The notes below the pieces were generated by a model. It searched no databases. It had not been told where the DNA came from and was given only the letters and a program-made list of their open reading frames with translations. This document shows positions 1 through 10,267 of a stretch of 64,000 nucleotides of DNA, piece after piece (within the stretch, counting starts at the first letter, position 1; every line of letters begins with the position of its first letter). A program made the position numbers and the translations under genes. Source of the DNA: a virus (taxonomy: Duplodnaviria; Caudoviricetes); IMG/VR virus record IMGVR_UViG_3300009774_000008, positions 553 to 64,552 of that record. One strand, 5' to 3'.

Positions 1-501
1 ACCTTGGTAAATATAGCTTGTTCCTTCGTAATATCCATCGCAAAATTCCCCATACGAGAGGGCACTGTCTCTTAAAACGTATCTATCTTTATTCATGTTT
101 CTCCTTTCTTTACTATTTCATTTAAACACCAACGGGTATACCCATCTGCTACACAATCAACAGGGCTTATGTATGGGCTTAATAAACACCGCGGCGCACT
201 TTTGTATTTACAATTATCACAAGTTTTAACTTCGTTCATCATTTATTCTCCTATTACTACGCACAATAATGATACTATTATCATATTGCGTATTAAATAT
301 CTTTTTTAAAACTATCAATTGCTCCACATCTACACCAAGTCCTAAAGCCTATTGACCATGTACAACCATTGCAAGATAACTCTTTAATAGCATCTATCAT
401 TTCTTTATGCTCAGTAGTTTTTAGTCCACATTTCTTACATTCTAATTTCATAAACACCTCCTTACATTCTCATTATAATGATAATACGTTCCAGTGGTAA
501 A

Positions 502-1053
502 TTATTTTTGAAGCCTACCTGAGTCTGAATTGTTGAGGTCGTACTCCGCAATTCTTCGGCTCATTACTTTTTTCACTGAATTTAGCATCTCATAAGCAGC
601 TTCAACTCTTAGCTTAACTTTCTTATAGGCTCTGTTGTAAGCTATTAATACGATTGTTTCTGATTGTGTTTGAAGCTCTGCAGCGGTATCTTTATCAGCT
701 ACTGTACCTTGGGCTTTTTCTCTAACTCTATTATATATTTCATTTCTAATTGCTCTTGACACATCTTCTTTTATTCCTAAGGATTCTTGTGATGATGAGG
801 TAAAATAAAGCAGTGAGGGTAAATTAAGTGTAAATTCATCTAATTGAGAGTCAGAAACAGGGTCTACTTGAGTAGTTAAAATATCATCGATTTGTCTCAT
901 ATAATCGTCCAAGTCCGCACAATATTCAATTACTATCGCATCAACTAAAGAGTCAACCTCTCGACTATTTATATCTACATGAGTTGAAACTTGCTTAAAC
1001 TTTTTCATATCTAAATCGCTAGATAGACTATTAACTGTTTCCCTCATTTTCAA
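502..1053 (-). CDS. hypothetical coiled-coil protein, possibly UvsY-like recombination mediator
   Basis: 183 aa helical protein next to a resolvase and a Cas4-like nuclease; the UvsY-like call is inference only. Confidence 0.4.
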   Translation of the reverse strand: MKMRETVNSLSSDLDMKKFKQVSTHVDINSREVDSLVDAIVIEYCADLDDYMRQIDDILTTQVDPVSDSQLDEFTLNLPSLLYFTSSSQESLGIKEDVSRAIRNEIYNRVREKAQGTVADKDTAAELQTQSETIVLIAYNRAYKKVKLRVEAAYEMLNSVKKVMSRRIAEYDLNNSDSGRLQK

Positions 1054-1387
1054 GACCCCCCTCTACATCCTTCTGATATGCTTTATATATTAGTATAAAA
1101 TCAGCTAAGCTCAAAGTAACTTTCCAAGATTGTCTGTTCTTTCGGTGCATCACCACTGGTATAAGTCCTTCTAAAGAATCGCTACACGCCTGTTCATATG
1201 CTTTGTCTACATTTAGAGATTCTACTCGCTTACACTCTATATGCAATCCAGGTATTCCTACCACATCCGCATCACCAGCTGCACCGCAGAACTGCTGGCT
1301 ACGACGAGTATCGTAACCTGCAGTTCTAAGTTTGTGAGATAGTTCTAGCTCTCCATCCTTACCCTTCTGTTTGCTGTTTATTGGCAT
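1031..1387 (-). CDS. Holliday junction resolvase (Hjc-like PD-(D/E)XK)
   Basis: NSKQKGKDGELE...DADVVGIPGLHIECKRVE motif. Confidence 0.8.
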   Translation of the reverse strand: MPINSKQKGKDGELELSHKLRTAGYDTRRSQQFCGAAGDADVVGIPGLHIECKRVESLNVDKAYEQACSDSLEGLIPVVMHRKNRQSWKVTLSLADFILIYKAYQKDVEGGLENEGNS

Positions 1388-1706
1388 TTTTCTCTATCCC
1401 CTCCCAAGTTAACATTCCTTTACGAGCTAACTGAGCAACTTGTATTAATTCACAAGCACCCAATATAGCTCTTCTCTGAATTGTCTCTAAATTAGTATGG
1501 CCGTAACCCGTATCTCGAGAAATGTGATTCCAAAATTCATTTAGTTCTTTTTGTACCCCGTCCATTTCTATAGCTGACTCTTGTACTTCTTCTAGAATGT
1601 AAGCAAATGTTTCGTGGTTACTATTCATAGTATAACCCGATACAATGTCACATCTCCTAGTTTCATCTTCTATCAACTTCTTAACGCTTTCAATTAACTC
1701 TTTCAT
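1359..1706 (-). CDS. hypothetical protein, MazG-like helical fold possible
   Basis: HETFAYILEEVQE...ELIQVAQLA resembles EExxE / ELxQVA of MazG-like NTP pyrophosphatases; start moved to MKELIES. Confidence 0.4.
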   Translation of the reverse strand: MKELIESVKKLIEDETRRCDIVSGYTMNSNHETFAYILEEVQESAIEMDGVQKELNEFWNHISRDTGYGHTNLETIQRRAILGACELIQVAQLARKGMLTWEGIEKNANKQQTEG

Positions 1707-2512
1707 TTTCCCGCTTTCCTGCAAGCTGTTGCGTAATCACACCACCTACATGGTTTTGTATCCGGATATTTAGGTGGTGGTATCATCCTCTCAACATAGC
1801 TCTCGCATTCGTATATTTTCTCTGCACTTAGTTGTTTCATTTCTTTTGTAACTTCAAACAGTTCTGGGCACTCGAGACTACACACATCCCTATTCTCATA
1901 CAATACAAATACCCTATCTAAATTCAATGCCATGCAGTAGCATGACACTTGGTGCTTGTGCTCATCATCTACATGCTCTTTATTGTTATACTTAAAAGAT
2001 ACTTGATTCTTAAACTCGAACAAAAAGTACTCGCCAGTTGATATTCTTTGTAGAATACCATCGCACATAAACGATAGACACATAACTGAGTCGAATAGTT
2101 TTGTTTCCGCTCCTCTCTTACCATTTACCTTTAAGCTAAGACATTTACCCTTATCTTGTTGTTGGTTAACATACTCCTCAACATCTATAAATCTCCAATC
2201 AAAGCCTAGTTTTTCCATGTCTATTAATACTTCTTGAATAGCTTCATGTCTACGAGAACCAGTATCCGCCATTCCAATTCCATTGTACTCGCTTCTTCTA
2301 CCATCTGTGTCTTCCCCCACTCGCATAAAGTACATCTGACGAAGACACACAAAGGAAGAGGGCTTGTACCACTTTGATGGTTTACGTCTGCCTATTAAGT
2401 CTCTTTGCTCAATAGCCGACATGACGTCGGTAAGGAAAGCCTTGTTTAAGGGCTGTTCGCTCACCGCCATGTCTATTAATTTAGATAATCTTCTTCTACT
2501 CGTTGTCTGCAC
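1703..2512 (-). CDS. Cas4-like PD-(D/E)XK exonuclease
   Basis: PSSFVCLRQ, GxxxHE, D-G...EFK, QVSCY and C-terminal CRWCDYATAC Fe-S cysteines. Confidence 0.8.
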   Translation of the reverse strand: MQTTSRRRLSKLIDMAVSEQPLNKAFLTDVMSAIEQRDLIGRRKPSKWYKPSSFVCLRQMYFMRVGEDTDGRRSEYNGIGMADTGSRRHEAIQEVLIDMEKLGFDWRFIDVEEYVNQQQDKGKCLSLKVNGKRGAETKLFDSVMCLSFMCDGILQRISTGEYFLFEFKNQVSFKYNNKEHVDDEHKHQVSCYCMALNLDRVFVLYENRDVCSLECPELFEVTKEMKQLSAEKIYECESYVERMIPPPKYPDTKPCRWCDYATACRKAGK

Positions 2513-3596
2513 TGTTAGCCTCCAAGTTTTCGTCCTCGAGCAATGCTACTACCTGAGTTACTTTTCCACTTGTGATTTTTATAGCAGATGAATGACCGTA
2601 CCATAATTCAATTGACTCACCTGGTGTAGCATCTATCTGAGCCTTGAACATTGGAATATCTACGCAACACAGAAAAGGAGAAAAGTCTTTACTTTCCTGG
2701 TAAGCTATAACTTCAACACTCGATGATTTCTTACTGGTAACTCTAACTCCTTCTTTTGTAAATGTGAAGTAAGCTCCGTTCTTATCGTAAGGCTCGATAA
2801 ACAATGATAATCTATCTATAACATTCTGCATGAATAATTTAGGCAGTTTGCACATTGATTTGAAGTTTTCCTCAAGGTAATCATTTACATCCCCAATTGG
2901 GAATAGTTTCTTTCCCTCATGCTCTACACCATACAGTACCATATCGGGGGTTTCAAACAAGAACTTATTACCATCACGGTAGCAGTTAATCTTCTCGTGC
3001 GTATTAAGTGACAACAAATTCATCATTTCTGTTGAAATTAATGCGTCCTCTGCTAATAATTTCATGTCATTGAAGCAGATAACATTTTCATCTGTAGTAA
3101 CTACTTTTGCCCCTACATAGTACCCGCATAAGCAAGGAGTATCAATTGTCTTAGCAACTGCTGCCTTATTTATAGCGAGTATGTTTTTGATGGAAGTAAG
3201 GTTAATTACTTCGGGCTCACCTTTTTTCTTAAACTTGTATTCAGGAAATTTAATTACACCATCTTCGTCTACTACTATTGCAATGTTGTAAACGCCGTTA
3301 CCCTTTACCTCAACGCTATTGTCCTTCAGTGCCAACTGAATGGTTTCTGAGGTGGTTTTAGCTACTAGCTTGCTAACTACATCAACTGGAATAACTGCGT
3401 AGAAGTCGTCGCCCTCAACCTTGTCTGCTATTACTTTGAGCGTGTTAGCAGTATCAGTTGTGGTTAACGTAAGTACATTGGTCTTGAGCTCGATTGCCAT
3501 CAAACTTGTGATTGGCAGTAACTTGTTCTCGGAAGCCCCTTTTGCTGCTCTGGACATCATATCTTGGAACTTAATAGTGCTGATTGCGAGTTTCAT
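2496..3596 (-). CDS. dnaN: DNA polymerase III beta-subunit-like sliding clamp
   Basis: 366 aa, three-domain size; N-terminus LPITSLMAIELKTNVLTLTTTD typical of beta clamps; clamp-loader genes elsewhere in the window. Confidence 0.75.
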   Translation of the reverse strand: MKLAISTIKFQDMMSRAAKGASENKLLPITSLMAIELKTNVLTLTTTDTANTLKVIADKVEGDDFYAVIPVDVVSKLVAKTTSETIQLALKDNSVEVKGNGVYNIAIVVDEDGVIKFPEYKFKKKGEPEVINLTSIKNILAINKAAVAKTIDTPCLCGYYVGAKVVTTDENVICFNDMKLLAEDALISTEMMNLLSLNTHEKINCYRDGNKFLFETPDMVLYGVEHEGKKLFPIGDVNDYLEENFKSMCKLPKLFMQNVIDRLSLFIEPYDKNGAYFTFTKEGVRVTSKKSSSVEVIAYQESKDFSPFLCCVDIPMFKAQIDATPGESIELWYGHSSAIKITSGKVTQVVALLEDENLEANSADNE

Positions 3597-3609
3597 ATTA
3601 TTTATCCCC

Positions 3610-4185
3610 CTATTTAATTAGACTATAGAATTCTTGGCGTAATGCAACATCAGTAGCAAACACACCCCTCAAAGCACTTGTTCTAGTTGATACACCTTGC
3701 TTTTTAATTCCTCTTGCGGTCATACAAGAATGCTCACCCTCTATTACTACAATTACATTTTCCGTGTCAACTACTTTGCACATTATTTCTGCTATATCAG
3801 TGCCTATTCTTTCTTGCAGTTGAAGCCTTTTACCCACCATGTCAGCTATTCTGGCTACTTTACTGAGGCCAATAACTTTATTCTTGGGTATGTAGCCCAC
3901 AGATACCTTCATGTTGTACATTAGAGCCAAGTGGTGTTCGCAGTAACTAAATATTGGAATATCTTTCACGACGACCAAATCACCTGTTTCTACATCGCCA
4001 AAACATTTACTGAACATATGAGCAATCTCATCATTGGTGTACAACATACCCTCAAATACTTCGGCATACATTTTAGCTACTCTTCTAGGGGTATCTCGTA
4101 AACCCTCTCGGGTAACATCATCACCTAATGCAGCAATGATGTCTTTTATAGCATTTTCAATCTTTTCTGTGTTTATATATTTCAT
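3610..4185 (-). CDS. folE: GTP cyclohydrolase I
   Basis: [38 protein letters not shown] motifs. Confidence 0.95.
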   Translation of the reverse strand: MKYINTEKIENAIKDIIAALGDDVTREGLRDTPRRVAKMYAEVFEGMLYTNDEIAHMFSKCFGDVETGDLVVVKDIPIFSYCEHHLALMYNMKVSVGYIPKNKVIGLSKVARIADMVGKRLQLQERIGTDIAEIMCKVVDTENVIVVIEGEHSCMTARGIKKQGVSTRTSALRGVFATDVALRQEFYSLIK

Positions 4186-4187
4186 AA

Positions 4188-4841
4188 TTATACACCTCTT
4201 TTGTCTACAGGCCATATAATTTTATGAAGTTGAACTTGAATCTTACATTCAGTTAATTTGTTTACTTTCATAAACTCTACAATTTCAACCATTGTTATTT
4301 TTCCCCATACAGGACTGAAATAAATCTGTGCTTTTGGTTTGAGGCTTGTAATTACACCATAAGCCGCCATCAAATCCTCTCTACTACCAACTACAAATTT
4401 TAACACATCTTTTTCAGTAAAATGGCAGAAGTTTATTAGTAGCATTGAACTTCCCATCCCACTTGATGGACACTTATAATCAACAGTGAAAAAAGAATTG
4501 GGATATTCAAATCGTTCAATCATGTTATTAATATTAACTGAACCATTAGTCTCTATATTAACTTCAAATCCAGCTCTATTCAATTCATGAATCAATCTCT
4601 CAACATCGTCGTGAATAAGTGGCTCACCTCCAGTTAAAGTGATAGCTTTGACTCCAAACTCCGTACAAGCCTTCACTACTTCGGATACAGTCATTGTCAC
4701 ACCATCGGAATAGTGCTGACTATATACAGTATCACAATAAGAACATCTTAAATTACAACCAGCTAATCTAACAAATGTGCATAAAATTCCAGCTCTCTTA
4801 CCTTCTCCTTCAATACTTGAAAATATCTCAACTACTTGCAT
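4188..4841 (-). CDS. queE: 7-carboxy-7-deazaguanine synthase (radical SAM)
   Basis: [34 protein letters not shown]; SD GGAGG before MQVVEI. Confidence 0.95.
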   Translation of the reverse strand: MQVVEIFSSIEGEGKRAGILCTFVRLAGCNLRCSYCDTVYSQHYSDGVTMTVSEVVKACTEFGVKAITLTGGEPLIHDDVERLIHELNRAGFEVNIETNGSVNINNMIERFEYPNSFFTVDYKCPSSGMGSSMLLINFCHFTEKDVLKFVVGSREDLMAAYGVITSLKPKAQIYFSPVWGKITMVEIVEFMKVNKLTECKIQVQLHKIIWPVDKRGV

Positions 4842-4843
4842 AA

Positions 4844-5176
4844 TTAGTCCTCCTCGTATACTGCTATATTTCCTTCGCTTTCTTGTACCTCTACCTTGTA
4901 GCAATGCGGAACATTATCGCAAATCCACTTAGCTATATTCTCAGCTGTTGGATTGAAGTCCACAACATCATTGAGAAAAGCATGGTCCAACTTCTCGGAA
5001 ACCGCATTCTTAATGTGTTTAAAATCCACTACCATTCCGTTCTTGTCAAGAATTTCGGACTTGCAGTGAACGGTGATTATCCAGTTATGACCGTGAATAT
5101 TCTCACATTTACTAGCGTAATCCAAAGTTAGTTTGTGAGCTCCGGCTATTTCCATTCTTTTAGATATTCTATACAT
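4844..5176 (-). CDS. queD: 6-carboxy-5,6,7,8-tetrahydropterin synthase
   Basis: AHKL, CENIHGHN, LDHAFLN, PTAENIA motifs. Confidence 0.95.
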   Translation of the reverse strand: MYRISKRMEIAGAHKLTLDYASKCENIHGHNWIITVHCKSEILDKNGMVVDFKHIKNAVSEKLDHAFLNDVVDFNPTAENIAKWICDNVPHCYKVEVQESEGNIAVYEED

Positions 5177-5876
5177 TAGTTTTTACCTCGTACCCAACAG
5201 GGTCTTTCATACCATTGGCTGCAAAAGCTGCATTTCTATCAATGCAAGTTCCGCAAGTTCCGCATTGCTTTTCTTTCCCCTCATAACAGCTCCAAGTAAG
5301 ATGGTAAGGTGCACCGAGTGTTAATCCTGTCTTAACGACAGATGCTTTATTCATGCTAATTAGAGGAGCTACCATTGAGAGAACTCTTCCTGAACCCTCA
5401 TATATTGCATCATTCATTGCCTTTTGGAACTCAGGTGTGCAGTCCGGATAGGCTCTTCCTGCGGCGTCGTCGGCGTGTGCACCGTAGTATACTGCACTAG
5501 CACCAAAACTAATTGCTACTGCCGTTGCGTACGATAACATTAAACCATTTCTAAATGGAACATAAGTAGCAACCGTACCCTCTCCTCCTATATCATTTAA
5601 CTGATTAGCATAACTCTTATGCTCTATATCATCTCTTCCTATAAGAAGTGTACAATCACTAAATTTAAACACTTCAGCCAAACTCTCACTTATGTGCATA
5701 ACCCCATAATACCTAGCCACATTGGACGCACTTGTAAGCTCTTTTGTGTGCTTCTGGCCATATGATACTGATAGTGCGAGAACATTGTCACTACCATATT
5801 TCTCAATTGCTAAGGCCAGACAAGTTGTGCTGTCTATACCCCCACTCAATAAAACAACTGCCTTATAATTTTTCAT
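5169..5876 (-). CDS. queC: 7-cyano-7-deazaguanine (preQ0) synthase
   Basis: [35 protein letters not shown]. Confidence 0.95.
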   Translation of the reverse strand: MKNYKAVVLLSGGIDSTTCLALAIEKYGSDNVLALSVSYGQKHTKELTSASNVARYYGVMHISESLAEVFKFSDCTLLIGRDDIEHKSYANQLNDIGGEGTVATYVPFRNGLMLSYATAVAISFGASAVYYGAHADDAAGRAYPDCTPEFQKAMNDAIYEGSGRVLSMVAPLISMNKASVVKTGLTLGAPYHLTWSCYEGKEKQCGTCGTCIDRNAAFAANGMKDPVGYEVKTNV

Positions 5877-6373
5877 ATTCTTACTCTCCTTGTAGGCCCA
5901 TCAGCCGCAAATTTGAACATTCTTTCTGTAGCATAATAACTATAGCTAGACCCAGGCTTAGAATAATTAGTGAACGGATATATAGATATTCCGCCCCTAG
6001 GAGTAAATATTCCAAATACCTCTATATACTCCGGATTCATAAGCTTAATGAGGTCCTTTTTTATGATATTCATACAATCTTCATGAAAGTCTCCATGATT
6101 CCTAAAACTAAATAAATACAATTTCAATGACTTACTCTCAACCATCTTCTCGCTTGGTATGTAGTTAATAAACACATTAGCGAAATCGGGTTGGCCTGTT
6201 TTAGGGCATAGACTGGTAAACTCGTAACAATCGAAAGATACCATATAGTCGTTGTCCAAATGCTTGTTAGCAAATGTCTCCAATACTTCTGGAGTGTAAT
6301 CGTATTGATATTTTGTGTTCTGGTTACCCAACAGACTTACTCCGTCGAGTTCTTTCTCATTTCTACCTGGCAT
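5873..6373 (-). CDS. queF: NADPH-dependent preQ0 reductase (unimodular QueF)
   Basis: [15 protein letters not shown], QueF motif [22 protein letters not shown]. Confidence 0.95.
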   Translation of the reverse strand: MPGRNEKELDGVSLLGNQNTKYQYDYTPEVLETFANKHLDNDYMVSFDCYEFTSLCPKTGQPDFANVFINYIPSEKMVESKSLKLYLFSFRNHGDFHEDCMNIIKKDLIKLMNPEYIEVFGIFTPRGGISIYPFTNYSKPGSSYSYYATERMFKFAADGPTRRVRI

Positions 6374-6382
6374 AATACATTT

Positions 6383-6439
6383 CCCCTTTTTATTTTTATT
6401 TTAAGAGAGGGATTTCAAAGGATTACAAAACTCTCTTAA
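6383..6439 (-). promoter_or_regulatory. candidate preQ1-I-like riboswitch / SD-sequestering pseudoknot upstream of queF
   Basis: Minus-strand RNA: UUAAGAGAG-UUUUGUAAUCCUUUGAAAUCC-CUCUCUUAA, then an A-rich tail and AAAAGGGG (SD); loop CCUUU can pair with AAAGG; location ahead of queF fits. Confidence 0.35.
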
Positions 6440-6696
6440 TTAGCAGTTTAATGAGGAGACAACCTTTTACTCCTCTTGCTAGGGTTTGAGTAGAAACGTA
6501 AGATTGTGCGAACAACCATGTTCTTTAAACCAATCGCCCCAACTTTTGTCTATTTTCAATATTTTTCAGCTCCTCATCGCATTAGCCGACAGGTTTCATT
6601 TAATAACTTCTATTTATTAATTAACGGAAGCGGACCAGCAACCACACGACCCGCCGTTACCCCGCATACAAATACCCCCTCTCTACATTCATTATT

Positions 6697-6867
6697 TTAC
6701 TTCTTTTTTGGTAGTCCCAGAGCTAACAATTTGGCTTTATCTCGTTTATTTAATTTATTGAAATTTGCTTGTGTTATTACTACATAACCCGTGTCATACT
6801 GAAATGCTAAATAGGGTTGGTCTAATCTTGTGATTACTTCGGCCATTTCTTTGTCAAATTTACCCAT
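6697..6867 (-). CDS. small hypothetical protein (56 aa, MGKFDKEMAEV...)
   Basis: Read by hand; GGAGAG SD directly after the dpdA stop. Confidence 0.6.
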   Translation of the reverse strand: MGKFDKEMAEVITRLDQPYLAFQYDTGYVVITQANFNKLNKRDKAKLLALGLPKKK

Positions 6868-6876
6868 ACTCTCTCC

Positions 6877-7872
6877 TTAAAACAATGGTTTTCTTACAAC
6901 TGATGATGGAGTATACTTGTAATCACGAGCCCAATTTTGCAAGAACTGAACATTGAAAATAACTCTCTGCTTGTAATCGTCAGCTAACCTTTCCATCGAG
7001 TACCCGTGACTTTCAACATACTTTTGAATTTCCTGCTGTGCATCTTTTGGCATTTTCCTAATATGGTCCGGTGCATGTAACCTACTTGAGCTAACTGTAA
7101 CCGACCCGTACTTTGTCATTATGCTACCATTAGCACCGTTCATAATCCAGCTCGTTGAATCCGCACTTGTAAATGGATATCTCTCTAATATATGCAAAGA
7201 GGTCATTCCAAAAGCATGCGTTTGAACATTTGGGTTTGAACTCTTTTTGATAATTTTAAAGCACTTGTCAATGAACTTTTCCTTTTCTTTAACTACTTGG
7301 TCATTGGCAGGAGATATTCCAATATAAGGTATATGCTTACCATCAAATTTAGTTTCTAAAATATTAATGAGCCATTTATAGTCCTCACCTTGATGGAATA
7401 TTGGTAATAACTTATCTGGACTTGTTAATCTTTCTCTCATATACAAGTAGTTGTCCCAACTTAGTTCTGGCGCCTCATTAAGTTGTTGCGGTGTTTTAGG
7501 TTCACGGAACACACCAGGAATCTTATCTACTTGAGCACATATATGAATCTGAGAATCAATTAAATTTAAAAACTCTATATATGCATCTACGTCTACTTCG
7601 GCTCCTCTAGTATGAGCTGAGAAAGCTCCAGAGTCAATAAATAAGTTACCCTTACAGTATCCTTCATCTCTTCCCGCTATCCAACCCCTTATAACTATTT
7701 TATCGAGTAGCTGACTAGCGAGTCTGTTAGCACCACGAGTCCTTAAGAATTCTTCAGCTAACTTGTTCTGGCTTCCTGCAAAGTATAGCTGAAAACCTCC
7801 AGCAGACTTTACTTCCTCGAGAGGAGCGGAATTAACTACTTTCTCTATGTGCAATAAACTCATTCTTGACAT
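6877..7872 (-). CDS. dpdA: DpdA-like 7-deazaguanine DNA transglycosylase (TGT fold)
   Basis: FIDSGAFS, PIFHQGE, HAFG, SADSTSW motifs; lies between the DNA polymerase and the que cluster. Confidence 0.85.
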   Translation of the reverse strand: MSRMSLLHIEKVVNSAPLEEVKSAGGFQLYFAGSQNKLAEEFLRTRGANRLASQLLDKIVIRGWIAGRDEGYCKGNLFIDSGAFSAHTRGAEVDVDAYIEFLNLIDSQIHICAQVDKIPGVFREPKTPQQLNEAPELSWDNYLYMRERLTSPDKLLPIFHQGEDYKWLINILETKFDGKHIPYIGISPANDQVVKEKEKFIDKCFKIIKKSSNPNVQTHAFGMTSLHILERYPFTSADSTSWIMNGANGSIMTKYGSVTVSSSRLHAPDHIRKMPKDAQQEIQKYVESHGYSMERLADDYKQRVIFNVQFLQNWARDYKYTPSSVVRKPLF

Positions 7873-7983
7873 TTACTTAACCCCCTTACCATAACACTTA
7901 GGACAAGGTACTTTTATGCTACCCAACCAAACCATCTTAAATATAAAGCCCATTCCATTACAGAATTTACAATTCTTCCTCAT
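7873..7983 (-). CDS. 36 aa zinc-finger microprotein (two CxxCxGxG)
   Basis: MRKNCKFCNGMG...CPKCYGKGVK; GGGGAG SD; abuts the dpdA start. Confidence 0.6.
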   Translation of the reverse strand: MRKNCKFCNGMGFIFKMVWLGSIKVPCPKCYGKGVK

Positions 7984-7996
7984 GTTGACTCCCCTT

Positions 7997-10267
7997 TTAA
8001 GCTACTTCTTCACCGTACCAAACTTTAGTTATTTCAGCATCAGATTTCATTGGTACTGTTATCTTAGATTTAGCTGCCTGAACCATAAGTAGTGACAATC
8101 TATCTGCACATTGTTTTGCAAACTGTTCTGGACACTCCGCTATTAATTCATCATGAACTTGCAATACAATTTGACATTTCCATTCCCTAAGTTGAGAATC
8201 ATTGTGAATAAGAATCATTGCTAGTTTCGTCATATCAGCACTCGTACCTTGAATAATACTGTTAACGCACTGACGTTCTGCTTCCGCAATAATTCCACCA
8301 TTGTCTCTAATTAATATTCCTCTTAGCTTAGCTTCTGCTCGAATGGCACCTCTGTCTTTATTGGACCACGTACCCTTAAGACGTTTAATATATTCGACTT
8401 TAGTTTTTTCATCTACTTCCATTGAAAATTGTTCTTGTTCATCAAACGAAAGTGGGTCGAAGTCTACTGGCGTAGTACCCATTAATATAAACTCAAATTC
8501 TGGTAATAGTAAGTCTGGTAATCTTCTCTTTCTACCCCAAGCTGTTTCGACGTAACCATTAATCTTAGCATCTTCAATAGTCTTGTCAATGAATTTCTTA
8601 ACCTGTGGATATTCAGTGAAAAACTTATCAATTATCTTTTGAGCTTCTTTTGTGGATACACCAAGTTGCTCTGCAATCGATTTAGTTCCTCTTCCATACA
8701 TTATACCTAATATGATGCTCTTAACACTATCTCGACGTTTCTTTCCTGCTGGGTTTTTAGTTCCATCTAAGCTAGTCTCTTTACATTCGTCATAAGGTAC
8801 TTTATAAATTGAAGATGCTATCCAAGCGTAAATATCTTTTCCGTCTAAATATGCTTGAATAAGTGCAGGGTCTTTGCTCATGTGAGCAAGTGTTCTAGGT
8901 TCTTGTTGCGAGAAGTCACAAGATACTAACAAATAACCTTCTGCCGCACTAAACATTCGCCTAATCTCTTTATTGTGTGACGGTATGTTCTGCATATTAG
9001 GGTCTGATGAAGAAAACCTACCAGTTGCAGCACCATATTGATTAAACGAACAGTGAATACGCCCTGTATGAGGGTCTACAATCAACGGCATTTTATCAAC
9101 GTAGGTACTTAATAACTTAGCTGTTTCTCTATAGTCTAATATGGCTTGTGATAGCGGAACATTTAGTGCTAATAATATTTCCTCCCCTGTACCTCTAGGC
9201 TTATCTTTGTCTGGAGACCTTAAACCTAAAATATCGTACAGTATAATTGCTATTTGTACTGAACTCCCAATACCCACAGGGTCAGATAACTTATGGCCTG
9301 GAGTTTTAACTTTGTATGCCTCAATTTCTTTGGAATACATACTTAATACTTGATAGAATTTTACTTCTCTCTCAACTAGAAGTGCTGTATATTTAGTTGA
9401 CAGGGCTGATGCAAATTTCATATCCAGTGTAATTCCTGTATCTTCCATTTTAGCAACTGCTGGGATTAATGGCATTTCTATATTCCGGAAAACATAGAAG
9501 CAACCAGGTAGCTTAGTTCTAGTTAGGTGATGTCGTTGGAATTCATATAACTCGAATGTTTTTACCCCATCACCTGCAGCGTAAAGATAGCCCGTAGTAA
9601 TTGGAATTTGAGTAAATGGTATACCCTCAAACAATTTTCCATATGACAGCGCTTCTTTATCCTGTGTCACGCAATATTTTAAATGCAACTCCTTCAATGC
9701 TGCGGGTTCATTCTCATTTAAGCACTTTGCTGCTAGCATAGTATCCCAATAACAAGTAATCACACAACCCACTTGATGAAGAATTACTCTAATATCAAAT
9801 TTGCCATTGTGCATAATCCACTTGACACCAGATGAATCGCATTTCAATAAACATTCTTTAACTACATCGACATCTACTTGATTTGAAGCCTTAACACCCG
9901 TAATATAACTGATATGGTTTAGCGGTATGTATGCGGGTTTGAGGCCGGGAGAGTAGAGACAAACTCCGGCTATGCTACATGACATAGGATTTAAAGAGTT
10001 TGTCTCTGTATCTATTGCTCCGATACCACTATTAATAATGGCATCAAAGTATTCCCGTACTTCTTGTTCTCCTCTAAGTAGCGTGTACTGTTCTGCATAC
10101 TTTCCTAGCTTCGTAGCCACTACCGCCACAGCAGTTGAAATTCTACTATGAATACCCTGTCCGCCTTTTACAGTAACAGACGTAGCTTGCGTCCTCGAAG
10201 CTTTGGAAAGTGCGGCCGAATCAGACTGCCTGGTAGCCCTTGGTGGCATACTTTTAAGCAGTCCCAT
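7997..10267 (-). CDS. polA: DNA polymerase, family A (3'-5' exonuclease + polymerase)
   Basis: ExoI DTET, HNGKFD; TGRFSSSDPNMQNIP; motif A DFSQQEPR; motif B KSIILGIMYG; motif C QVHDE. Confidence 0.95.
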   Translation of the reverse strand: MGLLKSMPPRATRQSDSAALSKASRTQATSVTVKGGQGIHSRISTAVAVVATKLGKYAEQYTLLRGEQEVREYFDAIINSGIGAIDTETNSLNPMSCSIAGVCLYSPGLKPAYIPLNHISYITGVKASNQVDVDVVKECLLKCDSSGVKWIMHNGKFDIRVILHQVGCVITCYWDTMLAAKCLNENEPAALKELHLKYCVTQDKEALSYGKLFEGIPFTQIPITTGYLYAAGDGVKTFELYEFQRHHLTRTKLPGCFYVFRNIEMPLIPAVAKMEDTGITLDMKFASALSTKYTALLVEREVKFYQVLSMYSKEIEAYKVKTPGHKLSDPVGIGSSVQIAIILYDILGLRSPDKDKPRGTGEEILLALNVPLSQAILDYRETAKLLSTYVDKMPLIVDPHTGRIHCSFNQYGAATGRFSSSDPNMQNIPSHNKEIRRMFSAAEGYLLVSCDFSQQEPRTLAHMSKDPALIQAYLDGKDIYAWIASSIYKVPYDECKETSLDGTKNPAGKKRRDSVKSIILGIMYGRGTKSIAEQLGVSTKEAQKIIDKFFTEYPQVKKFIDKTIEDAKINGYVETAWGRKRRLPDLLLPEFEFILMGTTPVDFDPLSFDEQEQFSMEVDEKTKVEYIKRLKGTWSNKDRGAIRAEAKLRGILIRDNGGIIAEAERQCVNSIIQGTSADMTKLAMILIHNDSQLREWKCQIVLQVHDELIAECPEQFAKQCADRLSLLMVQAAKSKITVPMKSDAEITKVWYGEEVA

